Assembly: GCA_963805085.1 (NCBI GenBank) | Contig: CAWDTA010000005.1 | Coordinates: 576,001-640,000, forward strand | Reading direction: 5' to 3' | DNA: 64,000 nucleotides | Source: an uncultured Veillonellaceae bacterium | GTDB lineage: Bacteria; Bacillota; Negativicutes; JARBTT01 | Part shown: one piece after another, positions 41,900 to 51,743 of the stretch | Layout: each line of letters opens with the position of its first letter | How positions within the stretch are numbered: position 1 is the first letter of the stretch | Notes under the pieces: model-generated | The model's database searches: none | What the model saw: only the letters and a program-made list of their open reading frames with translations | Told to the model about the DNA's origin: nothing | Made by a program: the position numbers and the translations under genes

Positions 41900-43753
41900 A
41901 TGATAAAACTTACACCTGCTGTCATCAATGCGGTAATGAAACCAGCTCGGTATACTGGCAATGAGCTTAATGCAGTGAAGAAAGACCACGCAAACGTTGA
42001 CTTTACGATTGCGTTATCACTACCAGATGTCTACGAAGTTGGCATGTCAAATTTGGGACTGAAAATTTTATATCAAGTGCTCAATAATCGCACCGATATA
42101 GCAGCGGAACGGGTTTTTTCTCCGTGGATTGATATGGAAGAAAAAATGCGAGAAAACGATATTGAGTTGTATTCTCTAGAAACTTTCACACCAATTCTTG
42201 AATTTGATATGGTCGGTTTTTCTTTGCAATATGAGATGATTTATTCTAATGTGATTAATATGTTAGATTTAGCAAAGATTCCGTTACTGACAGTAGATCG
42301 TAGGGAGGAAGACCCTTTTATTATTGGCGGTGGTCCATGTGTTTATAATGCAGAGCCGGTAGCAGATTTCTTTGACTTTTTCGTTGTTGGTGAAGGGGAA
42401 GAGGTAATCCTTGAAGTCGCGGATGCCTTTATCGCTTGGAAAAAAGAAGATAAAATCGGTGGAAGAAGTGAACTTTTACGCCGTGTAGCAGGGCTTGATG
42501 GTATCTATGTACCGTCTTTTTATAACGTCACCTATGCTGAGAATCATATGATAACAAGTGTAGAGCCAATTTGCCGAGAAGCGAAACCAGTTGTCACAAA
42601 ACGACTGATTGCTGATATGGATGCAAGTGAGTTTGTGACAAATCCAGTTGTTCCTTATATTGATATCGTTCATGATCGTATTATGCTAGAGTTATTCCGC
42701 GGTTGTACGCGAGGGTGTCGTTTTTGTCAAGCCGGTGTGCTGTATCGTCCAGTAAGAGAACGTACACCAGAAAAATTATTATCGCTGGCCAAAGAACTTG
42801 TCGATAGCACTGGGTATGATGAAATGTCTTTGACCTCGCTTAGTTCAGCGGATTATTCGTGCCTTGGCGAATTGGTAAGCCATTTGATGGATACATTCCA
42901 TGAAGAAGGGATAAGCGTATCGTTGCCATCACTTCGCATTGATAGTTTTTCCATTGAGTTAGCGCATAAACTGCAACAGGTAAGAAAAAGCGGTTTAACC
43001 TTTGCACCAGAAGCAGGTACGCAGCGGTTGCGTGATGTGATCAACAAAGGTGTTACTGAAGAGAACTTAGAACAAGCGGTAACTGCTGCATTTCAGCAAG
43101 GTTGGACGAATGTAAAGTTATATTTTATGATCGGTTTACCTACAGAAACGGATGAAGATATCATTGGTATTGCGAATTTGGCACAAAAAGTCGTGAATTT
43201 ATATAAGGAAGTTAAGGGCAGACGTGGCGCGCGGGTTACGGTAAGTGTTTCCTCTTTTGTTCCGAAACCCCATACGGCATTTCAATGGTTTGCCCAAAAT
43301 ACTGAAGAAGAATTGGCGCGCAAACAACAATTATTAAGGGAAGCGATCAAAGATCGTTCAATTAATTATAAATATCATGATTCAAAGACGAGTTTCTTAG
43401 AAGGTGTTATCGCCCGTGGTGATAGAAAAATTGGACAAGTCATACGGGAAGCTTGGAAACAAGGTGCTAAATTTGATGGTTGGTCGGAACATTTTAAATA
43501 TGATGTATGGATGAATGCGTTTAAAACTTGCCACGTCGATCCAACTTTTTATAATCAACGTGAACATGCACAAGAAGAACTGCTACCTTGGGATCATATT
43601 AGCTCAGGGGCGAATAAAGAATTTTTGCTGCGCGAGTACAAGAATGCCATAACTGAAAAATTCACGCCAGATTGTCGGAGTGGAGAGTGTAGTGCTTGTG
43701 GCGTTTGTACAAACCTTAATGTGAAAGTCGTAGATTGGAGTCGTGAAGCGTAA
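41900..43753 (+). CDS. Radical SAM protein, TIGR03960-like
   Basis: KPARYTGNE, PDVYEVGMSNLG, RGCTRGCRFCQ, APEAG, C-terminal CxxCGVC. Confidence 0.88.
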   Translation: MIKLTPAVINAVMKPARYTGNELNAVKKDHANVDFTIALSLPDVYEVGMSNLGLKILYQVLNNRTDIAAERVFSPWIDMEEKMRENDIELYSLETFTPILEFDMVGFSLQYEMIYSNVINMLDLAKIPLLTVDRREEDPFIIGGGPCVYNAEPVADFFDFFVVGEGEEVILEVADAFIAWKKEDKIGGRSELLRRVAGLDGIYVPSFYNVTYAENHMITSVEPICREAKPVVTKRLIADMDASEFVTNPVVPYIDIVHDRIMLELFRGCTRGCRFCQAGVLYRPVRERTPEKLLSLAKELVDSTGYDEMSLTSLSSADYSCLGELVSHLMDTFHEEGISVSLPSLRIDSFSIELAHKLQQVRKSGLTFAPEAGTQRLRDVINKGVTEENLEQAVTAAFQQGWTNVKLYFMIGLPTETDEDIIGIANLAQKVVNLYKEVKGRRGARVTVSVSSFVPKPHTAFQWFAQNTEEELARKQQLLREAIKDRSINYKYHDSKTSFLEGVIARGDRKIGQVIREAWKQGAKFDGWSEHFKYDVWMNAFKTCHVDPTFYNQREHAQEELLPWDHISSGANKEFLLREYKNAITEKFTPDCRSGECSACGVCTNLNVKVVDWSREA

Positions 43754-44436
43754 TGAAAAAGATTCGTACAGAAATAACTAAAGGGGAAGAACTTCGTTAT
43801 ATATCCCACCTTGACTACGCTTCCGCAATTGAAAGAGCAATCAGGCGGACTAAAATGCCGGTAGCATTTTCCGAAGGGTTTAATCCGCATATGAAAATTT
43901 CCTTTGCCTCAGCACTCGCGTTAGGGGTTACCAGTGCGACTGAATATATGGATGTGGAATTTAAAACAGATGTGGATTTAGATGAGTTTTGTGAGAAGAT
44001 TAAACAAGAGCTGCCACCAGGGGTTCAGTTGTTACAAGTGAAGCCATTAGAAGGTAAGCATCAAGCGCTAATGGCTATAATTGATTTGGCAACGTATCAA
44101 ATTACGATTCCTTTTATTGGGGATATTAGCGCAGTGGCAAAAGCGGTAGCAGAATATAATCAAGCCGAAACGGTGATGTATACGCGGTATTCACCGAAAA
44201 AAGGAAAAAAAGAAATTGAGATTAAACAATATATGAGTGAACCAGTTAAGGTAACGAAGAAAAATGACGATATCATATTTGATGTTGTGATTCATGTTAC
44301 GCCAGCAGGTAGCATAAAACCAGGTGAAGTGTTAAAGACATTGGTAGAAAACTTTACTATGCCAATTGATGTGACCGAAGCATTTATTCATCGCATAGGA
44401 TTATACTCTGGTGGCAAAACACCGATTGAACTGTAA
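43753..44436 (+). CDS. Radical SAM-linked protein (TIGR03936/DUF2344-like)
   Basis: YISHLD, FSEGFNPH, ALALG; coupled to the upstream gene. Confidence 0.86.
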   Translation: MKKIRTEITKGEELRYISHLDYASAIERAIRRTKMPVAFSEGFNPHMKISFASALALGVTSATEYMDVEFKTDVDLDEFCEKIKQELPPGVQLLQVKPLEGKHQALMAIIDLATYQITIPFIGDISAVAKAVAEYNQAETVMYTRYSPKKGKKEIEIKQYMSEPVKVTKKNDDIIFDVVIHVTPAGSIKPGEVLKTLVENFTMPIDVTEAFIHRIGLYSGGKTPIEL

Positions 44437-44454
44437 GTTTGGAGAGATGAAACT

Positions 44455-45897
44455 ATGAAGTCCATTATCGTTAATGTTGTTCCAGAAGAAACTCGCATGG
44501 CAATATTAGAAGAGAATGAATTATTGGAAATCGCTGTAGAACGTACCCAAAGTGAACATGTGGTGGGTAATATTTACAAAGGAAAAGTTCAAAATGTATT
44601 GCCTGGTATGCAGGCTGCATTTGTCGATATTGGTTATGAAAAAAACGCATTTTTATATATTGGTGATGGATTACCGAAAAATGCAGTAAGTTCCATTTCT
44701 AGTAGTGAGATTTTTCATGTTGGGCAAAATGTATTGATTCAGATCGTAAAAGATGCTATAGGGACGAAGGGGCCACGTGCAACAACGCATTTGACTTTAC
44801 CCGGTCGTTATGTAGTGTTAATGCCGACGGTGGACTATATCGGTATTTCTAGGCGGGTTGATGATAATTTGGAACGTGAGCGCTTGAAAATTTTGGCGGA
44901 AAAAGTTTGCCCAGATGGTATGGGGATGATTGTTCGTACTGTGGCAAAAGGGAAAAGTGAAGATGTATTAAAAAAGGATATGGAATATCTCTGTAATCTT
45001 TGGAATGCACTTGTAGCGCGGAACAAAGTTTCGAGTTCGCCAACGCTTGTTTATCGCGATGCTGATTTGGTCATTAGAATTGTAAGGGATTATTTAAATG
45101 CTGATATTGACGAATTGGTCATTGATCATTATGAATCTTATATGCGTGTTTGTGATTTACTGAGTAATTCGCCAGAATTATTACAGCGTATTAAGCTATA
45201 TAAAGGTGCGGAAAATATATTTAGGCATTATCATCTAGAGGATGAAATTGCCAAGCTGGGCCAACGAGAATTGGAACTGAAATCGGGCGGGTCCATTGTC
45301 ATTGATAAAACAGAAGCTTTGACCGTTATTGATGTAAATACAGGGAAATTTGTTGGACAGACCAATTTAGCAGATACTGTTTTTCGTACAAATATGGAAG
45401 CTGCTGAGGAAATTACCAAACAGATTCGTTTGCGGGATATCGGCGGAATTATTATTATAGATTTTATTGATATGGAAACAGAAGAACAAAAACGAACGAT
45501 TTTAAAAGTCTTAGAAGAGAAAGTAAAATATGATAAGACAAAAACCAATATTGTAGATATTACTTCGCTTGGGCTAGTAGAGATGACACGCAAAAAATCG
45601 CGGCAGAATTTTGAAGGTATCATATATAGTAAATGTCCATATTGCGATGGGCGTGGTCGAGTACAGTCACCAGAGACGGTTAGTATTAATATCAGTCGTG
45701 AACTAAGACGTTTATCAAAGAAAAAGAAATTTGCTAGCGGGTATCATGTTCAAGTGCATCCACAGGTAAAAGTCTTATTTGAAAAATTGGGGCTAGTGGC
45801 GAATTTGGAAAAAGAAATCGCTTGTAAAATCGTAATTGAGGCAGTAGAATCGCTACATCCAGAAGTTTATTGCATTTTACAAGCAACTGATGATTGA
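44455..45897 (+). CDS. rng: Ribonuclease G/E family
   Basis: GNIYKGKV..VLPGMQAAFVDIG, IDVNTG, DFIDM, CPYCDG. Confidence 0.93.
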   Translation: MKSIIVNVVPEETRMAILEENELLEIAVERTQSEHVVGNIYKGKVQNVLPGMQAAFVDIGYEKNAFLYIGDGLPKNAVSSISSSEIFHVGQNVLIQIVKDAIGTKGPRATTHLTLPGRYVVLMPTVDYIGISRRVDDNLERERLKILAEKVCPDGMGMIVRTVAKGKSEDVLKKDMEYLCNLWNALVARNKVSSSPTLVYRDADLVIRIVRDYLNADIDELVIDHYESYMRVCDLLSNSPELLQRIKLYKGAENIFRHYHLEDEIAKLGQRELELKSGGSIVIDKTEALTVIDVNTGKFVGQTNLADTVFRTNMEAAEEITKQIRLRDIGGIIIIDFIDMETEEQKRTILKVLEEKVKYDKTKTNIVDITSLGLVEMTRKKSRQNFEGIIYSKCPYCDGRGRVQSPETVSINISRELRRLSKKKKFASGYHVQVHPQVKVLFEKLGLVANLEKEIACKIVIEAVESLHPEVYCILQATDD

Positions 45898-45922
45898 CAA
45901 GCATATTTTCTTATGATAGAAT
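45894..45922 (+). promoter_or_regulatory. Sigma-A promoter for the rplU operon
   Basis: TTGACA-17nt-TAGAAT with TG extension. Confidence 0.75.
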
Positions 45923-45929
45923 TCTATGA

Positions 45930-46012
45930 TGTAAGCAAGGTGATTGCTTTCCCAAACCGCGCGGTGAGGTTAGAAAATAGCTTATGCTATACCGTAATCG
46001 GCGAGTATACAT
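45930..46012 (+). promoter_or_regulatory. Probable L21 leader RNA
   Basis: Structured leader with ACCGCGC...GGCGAGT elements between promoter and rplU. Confidence 0.6.
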
Positions 46013-46028
46013 ATAGGGAGGTGTAATA

Positions 46029-46340
46029 ATGTACGCAATTATTCAAACTGGTGGTAAACAATATCGTGTTGCAGAAGGCGATGTTCTAATCATTGAAAAA
46101 CTTGAAGCTGAAGAAGGCGACGTTGTAGAATTTGATCAAGTTCTTACTGTTGTTAAAGAAGGCAAAGTTGTTGTTGGTAAACCTGTTGTTGAAGGTGCTA
46201 AAGTAACAGCTAAAGTTGAAGCTCAGGGTAAAGGCAAAAAGATTTTAGTTTTCAAATACAAAGCAAAATCTAATTATCGTAGACGTAAAGGTCATCGTCA
46301 ACCATATACTAAAGTAGTAATCGAAAAAATCGAAGCTTAA
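46029..46340 (+). CDS. rplU: 50S ribosomal protein L21
   Basis: [19 protein letters not shown]. Confidence 0.98.
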   Translation: MYAIIQTGGKQYRVAEGDVLIIEKLEAEEGDVVEFDQVLTVVKEGKVVVGKPVVEGAKVTAKVEAQGKGKKILVFKYKAKSNYRRRKGHRQPYTKVVIEKIEA

Positions 46341-46343
46341 TCG

Positions 46344-46664
46344 ATGATTAAGGTGAAAATTTTTCGTGATTTAACTGGCATGGTTACTGGTTTTAACGTA
46401 ACAGGTCATGCTGATACAGCTCCGCATGGTCAAGATATCGTTTGTGCAGCGGTGTCTGCTCTAACACAAACAGCTCTGCTGGGGTTAGGTAAACATCTAA
46501 AACGCGAATTGGATTTTGATATTGCGAGTGGTAAGTTGAAAGTTAGTTTAAAAGCTGCTCCAGATGAATTGACAAGTGCTATTTTTGAAACAATGATACT
46601 TGGATTAACTGAGATCGAAAATATAAATCCTAAAGGTGTTCACATCTTAGAGTACAGGAGGTGA
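46344..46664 (+). CDS. prp: Ribosomal-processing cysteine protease
   Basis: GHA...[10 protein letters not shown]; between rplU and rpmA. Confidence 0.93.
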   Translation: MIKVKIFRDLTGMVTGFNVTGHADTAPHGQDIVCAAVSALTQTALLGLGKHLKRELDFDIASGKLKVSLKAAPDELTSAIFETMILGLTEIENINPKGVHILEYRR

Positions 46665-46665
46665 A

Positions 46666-46962
46666 ATGAGTATGTTTAATTTTGAATTACAGTTGTTCGC
46701 TCACAAAAAGGGTGTTGGTAGCACTCGTAACGGACGTGATAGCGAGTCGAAACGTCTTGGTGTAAAGCGTCAAGCAGGTACGGTTGTAACTGCTGGTAGC
46801 ATTTTAGTTCGCCAAAGAGGTACTCACTTCCATCCAGGGCAAAACGTAGGTATCGGCAAAGACGATACTTTATATGCTAAAGTTTCTGGTAAAGTGGCTT
46901 TTGAACGTAAAGGCCGTTATGACAGACAAATTAGTGTTTATGCTGTGGAAGAAGCTATCTAA
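46666..46962 (+). CDS. rpmA: 50S ribosomal protein L27 with Prp-cleavable N-terminal extension
   Basis: [19 protein letters not shown]. Confidence 0.98.
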   Translation: MSMFNFELQLFAHKKGVGSTRNGRDSESKRLGVKRQAGTVVTAGSILVRQRGTHFHPGQNVGIGKDDTLYAKVSGKVAFERKGRYDRQISVYAVEEAI

Positions 46963-47014
46963 TAAAAAATACTACCTGCGCCTACTTGTAGACGCAGGTA
47001 TTGTTTTATTAATA

Positions 47015-47071
47015 TTTGTGATGTATAAAAAGCTGGTATTAATTCAATACCAGCTTTTTATACATCACAAA
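47015..47071. repeat. Perfect 26-bp inverted repeat with 5-nt loop
   Basis: TTTGTGATGTATAAAAAGCTGGTATT-aattc-AATACCAGCTTTTTATACATCACAAA. Confidence 0.9.
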
Positions 47072-47135
47072 CAGGAATTTTCCATATTAAGGCGAAAGTG
47101 TATTAAATGTCTATTACACGGAAGGTGATGATGAT

Positions 47136-47366
47136 ATGGAAAACATACCTAATCAAGTGGTATGCGAAGAAATGATTAAAATATTGCGGCGACAACGTCA
47201 TGATTTTATTAATCATATCCAAGTTGTACATGCCTATTTGCAATTAGGAAAAATCGAAAAAGCGTTGGCTTTTTTAGAAGAGTTGGCGAAAGACACAAAT
47301 AAAAACGATTTTTTTATGAAGTATACTTGTCAAGAAGAGTGCTCAAAAAAGGCAGATAAAGAGTAA
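47136..47366 (+). CDS. Spo0B-like alpha-helical (His phosphotransfer) domain protein
   Basis: LRRQRHDFINHIQVV.AYLQLGK; position between rpmA and obg. Confidence 0.8.
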   Translation: MENIPNQVVCEEMIKILRRQRHDFINHIQVVHAYLQLGKIEKALAFLEELAKDTNKNDFFMKYTCQEECSKKADKE

Positions 47367-47426
47367 ATTTCACTTGAAATGTATATATTATAATTAAAAT
47401 ATTTCATAATGGTAAAGGGGTAAATC

Positions 47427-48698
47427 ATGTTTATAGATAGAGCTAGAATAATGATTAAAGCTGGGGATGGCGGTAATGGAATGTCGAGTTTTCGGCGAGA
47501 AAAGTTTGTGCCAAGAGGTGGCCCAAGTGGAGGCGATGGTGGTAGAGGTGCCAATATTGTCTTCGTTGTTGATGATAATACCAATACATTGATTGATTTT
47601 CGTTATAAACGTAAATTTGTCGGTGCCAATGGCGACAATGGTGGCACGAAAAACTGCTATGGACAGGTCGCAGAAGATTTACGCATTAAAGTTCCTGCTG
47701 GAACTTTAATCAAAGATGAAGCAACTGGCGAAGTCTTAGCTGATTTGACAGAAAAAGGGCAAGAAGTGATTTTGGCTTATGGTGGTCGTGGTGGTCGCGG
47801 TAATGCGAAATTTGCAAACAGTGTGAATCGTACCCCAACCTTTGCCGAGTTAGGCGAGCCAGGTGGTGATAAAACATTACTATTAGAATTGAAATTATTA
47901 GCAGATGTTGGTTTGGTTGGGTATCCAAGCGTTGGTAAATCTAGTATTATTTCTATGGTATCGGCAGCAAAACCTGATATTGCAGCCTATCATTTTACGA
48001 CGTTAACACCTGTCCTTGGGGTAGTCAGTTTAGGGGAAGGTCATAGCTTTGTTATGGCAGATATCCCAGGCTTGATTGAAGGTGCGCATGAAGGCGTAGG
48101 ATTAGGTCATGATTTCTTAAGGCATGTAGAACGTACGAAGATTATTTTGCACGTCATTGATGTATCGGGTATGGAAGGTCGCGATCCAATCGAGGATTAC
48201 CATAGAATCAATAAAGAGTTGAGACTCTATAATGAACGTTTAGCAAAACGCCCACAAATCATTGCTGCAAATAAAATGGATATTCCTGAAGCAAAAGAAA
48301 ATTATGAAAAATTAAAAGCCTTTGCAGAACAAGAAGGCATAGAAATATTCCCGGTTTCTGCTGCGACCAATGAAGGTCTAAAAGAAATGGTGGAACGCGT
48401 TTCAAAAGTTCTTGATGAATATGTGGAAGAACCAGAAGCTGTAGAAGAAGTAAAAGTATATGAAGCGAAATCAGATGATGAAGTTACGATTGGTCGTAAT
48501 GCAGTAGGTGATATTATTGTGAAAGGTAAGTCCCTTGAAAAATTAGTTGCAATGACAAATTTTGAAAATGATGAAGCACTGAAACGTTTCCAATATATCT
48601 GGCGTGTTAAGGGGATTGAAGATAAGTTAAAAGCTTATGGCGTTAAAGAAGGCGATACCATTTATATCGGTGAAATGCAATTTGACTACAAAGAATAG
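47427..48698 (+). CDS. obgE: GTPase Obg
   Basis: Gly-rich Obg fold, GYPSVGKSS, YHFTT, DIPG, NKMD. Confidence 0.97.
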   Translation: MFIDRARIMIKAGDGGNGMSSFRREKFVPRGGPSGGDGGRGANIVFVVDDNTNTLIDFRYKRKFVGANGDNGGTKNCYGQVAEDLRIKVPAGTLIKDEATGEVLADLTEKGQEVILAYGGRGGRGNAKFANSVNRTPTFAELGEPGGDKTLLLELKLLADVGLVGYPSVGKSSIISMVSAAKPDIAAYHFTTLTPVLGVVSLGEGHSFVMADIPGLIEGAHEGVGLGHDFLRHVERTKIILHVIDVSGMEGRDPIEDYHRINKELRLYNERLAKRPQIIAANKMDIPEAKENYEKLKAFAEQEGIEIFPVSAATNEGLKEMVERVSKVLDEYVEEPEAVEEVKVYEAKSDDEVTIGRNAVGDIIVKGKSLEKLVAMTNFENDEALKRFQYIWRVKGIEDKLKAYGVKEGDTIYIGEMQFDYKE

Positions 48699-48710
48699 GA
48701 GCGAAGATTT

Positions 48711-49013
48711 TTGATAAAAGATACATTAACAGGCAAACAAAAAAGATTTTTACGGGCGATGGGGGCTACGATGGATCCAGTGGTGCAGATCGGCAAAGCA
48801 GGACTTGCTCCAGCAATTGTTATCAGTGCGATTGAAGCTGTCAATGCGCGTGAACTAATCAAGGTAAAGGTATTGCAAAATTGTTTTGAAGCGCCTACGA
48901 CAGTGTTACAAATGCTTGCAGAACGCTCAGATACTGAATTGGTTCAAATCATTGGACGCAATGGTCTTTTATATAAACCAAGCAAGGACAAACCCAAAAT
49001 CGAGCTTCCATAA
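48711..49013 (+). CDS. yhbY: YhbY RNA-binding protein
   Basis: LTGKQKRFLR, QIGK.G, ELIKVKVL, QIIG. Confidence 0.92.
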   Translation: MIKDTLTGKQKRFLRAMGATMDPVVQIGKAGLAPAIVISAIEAVNARELIKVKVLQNCFEAPTTVLQMLAERSDTELVQIIGRNGLLYKPSKDKPKIELP

Positions 49014-49045
49014 CAAAGAAAATGATGAATCGTATGGAGGTAGCT

Positions 49046-50173
49046 ATGAATACGAGACAAGAATTAGTGAATGCAAAACGAATTGTTGTTAAAGTAGGAA
49101 CGAGTACATTAACACATAGTACAGGAAAACTTAATTTTTTTCGTATTGAAAAGTTGGTTCGGGAGTTATCTGATTTAGCCAATCAAGGCAAAGAAATCAT
49201 TTTGGTAACTTCTGGTGCTGTTGGTGCGGGCGTAGATCGGTTAGGTTTAAAAGAAAAGCCAGCAACAATTCCTGAAAAGCAAGCAATGGCAGCGGTGGGA
49301 CAGGGAATTCTCATGCATATGTATGAGAAGTTATTTGGCGAATATGGTCAAACAGTTGCCCAAGTATTATTAACACGTGAAAACTCTGTGAAGCATAAAC
49401 AATATATGAATTCACGTAATGCATTATTGACGCTCCTCAAAATGGGGGTTATTCCTGTTATCAATGAAAATGATGCGATTGCTGTAGATGAATTGAAAAT
49501 TGGTGATAATGACACTTTATCAGCAACCGTAGCTACGCTTGTAGATGCAGATGTATTGATTATTTTATCAGATATCGAAGGTGTTTATACAGCCAATCCA
49601 CAGAGTGATCCAACGGCTACCTTGTTCTTGGAGATTACAGATATTACACCAGAAATTGAAGCGTTAGCTGGTGGGGCTGGTTCCAAGCTCGGTACAGGTG
49701 GTATGTTTACCAAAATTCAAGCAGCAAAAATAGCGGTGAATTCTGGGGTGACGATGGTAATCGCTTCTGGTAACCGCGATGGTATCGTTCGTGATATTTT
49801 GAATGGTAAAGAGCTTGGTACGGTATTTCCCGCTAAAGAATATCATCTAAAAGTTAGAAAAAGTTGGCTTGCTTTTGGTACACGTATTGATGGTGGAATC
49901 TTAGTCGATGAAGGCTGTGAAAGAGCCATGCTCGAAGATGGTTCTAGTTTATTAGCAGCAGGAATAGTTGCGGTGGAGGGAACCTTTGATAAGGGGAATA
50001 CGGTGCGTATTTTATCTAGCCATGGTCGTGAGATTGCGCGCGGCAGTGTAAATTACAATGCAGAAGAATTACAGAAAATTATTGGCAGAAGCACAAAAGA
50101 TTTTCTGGAGATTTTAGGAACAAAGTACTATGATGAAGTGATTCATCGTGATAATATGGTATTAATGGTTTAA
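49046..50173 (+). CDS. proB: Glutamate 5-kinase with PUA domain
   Basis: VVKVGTS, INEND, GDNDTLSA, GTGGM.TK. Confidence 0.96.
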   Translation: MNTRQELVNAKRIVVKVGTSTLTHSTGKLNFFRIEKLVRELSDLANQGKEIILVTSGAVGAGVDRLGLKEKPATIPEKQAMAAVGQGILMHMYEKLFGEYGQTVAQVLLTRENSVKHKQYMNSRNALLTLLKMGVIPVINENDAIAVDELKIGDNDTLSATVATLVDADVLIILSDIEGVYTANPQSDPTATLFLEITDITPEIEALAGGAGSKLGTGGMFTKIQAAKIAVNSGVTMVIASGNRDGIVRDILNGKELGTVFPAKEYHLKVRKSWLAFGTRIDGGILVDEGCERAMLEDGSSLLAAGIVAVEGTFDKGNTVRILSSHGREIARGSVNYNAEELQKIIGRSTKDFLEILGTKYYDEVIHRDNMVLMV

Positions 50174-50205
50174 AAATATCTGAATAGTACTAGGGAGGCA
50201 TTGTT

Positions 50206-51459
50206 ATGGCGTTGAAAGATCAAATAGAGGAAAAAGCCCAGAGAGCAAGTTTTGCGGCAAAAAAACTGGCCACGCTATCGGTGAATAGTAAAAATTATGC
50301 TTTATTGGTTATGGCAGATGCGTTAGAAGAACACATGGAAAAAATCTTGTCAGCAAATGATCAAGATTTAGCCAATGGGGTAGTCAAAAAGCTTGGCAAG
50401 CCATTATTGGATAGATTGATGCTTGATACGATTAGAATTAAAGCCATGGCAGAGGGACTTAGGCAGACCGCGAGCTTACCGGATCCAATTGGTGAAGGAC
50501 TCGGATCGTTTTGTCGACCGAATGGTCTTGAAATTCAAAAAGTAAGGGTTCCACTTGGTGTTATTGGCATTATTTACGAAGCTCGACCTAATGTTACAGT
50601 AGATGCTATAGGCTTATGCTTAAAGTCTGGTAATACGGTATTGCTTCGTGGCGGCTCAGAAGCAATTAAATCCAATATGGCGATTGTTGATATACTTACA
50701 GCAGCGGCTTATGATGCTGGTATCCCGGTTGGTTCAATTGAATTTATTGAGAATACCGAACATGAAGCTGTCAATGTGATGTTAAAGTTAAATAAGTATT
50801 TAGATGTCATTATCCCTCGTGGTGGTGCAGGTCTGATTAGAACGGTAGTGGAAAATAGTACCGTGCCTGTGATTGAAACTGGTACGGGCGTTTGTCATAC
50901 CTATATTGACGAAAGTGCCGACCTTAAGATGGCCTCTGAAATTGCATTGAATGCAAAAGTTTCTAGACCGGCTGTATGCAATTCTATGGAAACGCTACTG
51001 GTACATGAAAAAATCGCTGATTCTTTTTTGCCAGAAATGATTACGGCATTAGTGTCAGAGAGAGTGGAAGTTCGTGGTTGCGAAAAAACAATGAAGTATA
51101 ATGAATCGATTATTCGGGCGACAGAAGAAGATTGGTCAACGGAGTACGGAGATCTGATTTTATCCGTTAAAGTGGTCGCTTCAATTGATGAAGCGATTGA
51201 ACATATTAATAAGTACAATACCAATCATTCCGAAGCGATTATTACCAAAGATTATAATAATGCACGTAAGTTCCAAAGACAAGTAGATGCAGCAGCTATT
51301 TATGTGAATGCTTCAACACGGTTTACAGATGGCTTTGAGTTTGGTTTTGGTGCTGAAATAGGGATTAGTACACAAAAATTGCATGCCCGAGGCCCAATGG
51401 GGTTAGAAGCATTAACCAGTATCAAATATCTCATTTGTGGCAATGGTCAAATAAGATAA
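50206..51459 (+). CDS. proA: Gamma-glutamyl phosphate reductase
   Basis: IYEARPNVT, VCNSMET, NASTRFTDG, STQKLHARGP. Confidence 0.96.
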   Translation: MALKDQIEEKAQRASFAAKKLATLSVNSKNYALLVMADALEEHMEKILSANDQDLANGVVKKLGKPLLDRLMLDTIRIKAMAEGLRQTASLPDPIGEGLGSFCRPNGLEIQKVRVPLGVIGIIYEARPNVTVDAIGLCLKSGNTVLLRGGSEAIKSNMAIVDILTAAAYDAGIPVGSIEFIENTEHEAVNVMLKLNKYLDVIIPRGGAGLIRTVVENSTVPVIETGTGVCHTYIDESADLKMASEIALNAKVSRPAVCNSMETLLVHEKIADSFLPEMITALVSERVEVRGCEKTMKYNESIIRATEEDWSTEYGDLILSVKVVASIDEAIEHINKYNTNHSEAIITKDYNNARKFQRQVDAAAIYVNASTRFTDGFEFGFGAEIGISTQKLHARGPMGLEALTSIKYLICGNGQIR

Positions 51460-51520
51460 AAGACAAGGTGAATAAAATGCTCATACTGATTGGTATGAGC
51501 ATTTTTAAACAGTACGATTT

Positions 51521-51676
51521 ATGAAGAATTTATGCGGTTATCTAAAAACAATCTATCATTATTATCAAGATTCTAAAGGGCACCATGATATCGTTGATTA
51601 TGCGAGAGCAAGTTTGATTATGGTTACCACCATTGTTGTGTTTCTTATTGCAATCAAGTTAATTTGTGAAAAATAA
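51521..51676 (+). CDS. Possible small membrane protein (51 aa), not in ORF track
   Basis: MKNLCGYLKTIYHYYQDSKGHHDIVDYARASLIMVTTIVVFLIAIKLICEK; fills the proA-nadD gap; no clear RBS. Confidence 0.45.
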   Translation: MKNLCGYLKTIYHYYQDSKGHHDIVDYARASLIMVTTIVVFLIAIKLICEK

Positions 51677-51743
51677 CTGCAATTGAAGACTATAGGCGTT
51701 GCTTATGATATAATGGTTACAAAAATACGCTAGGAGCAGTTTT

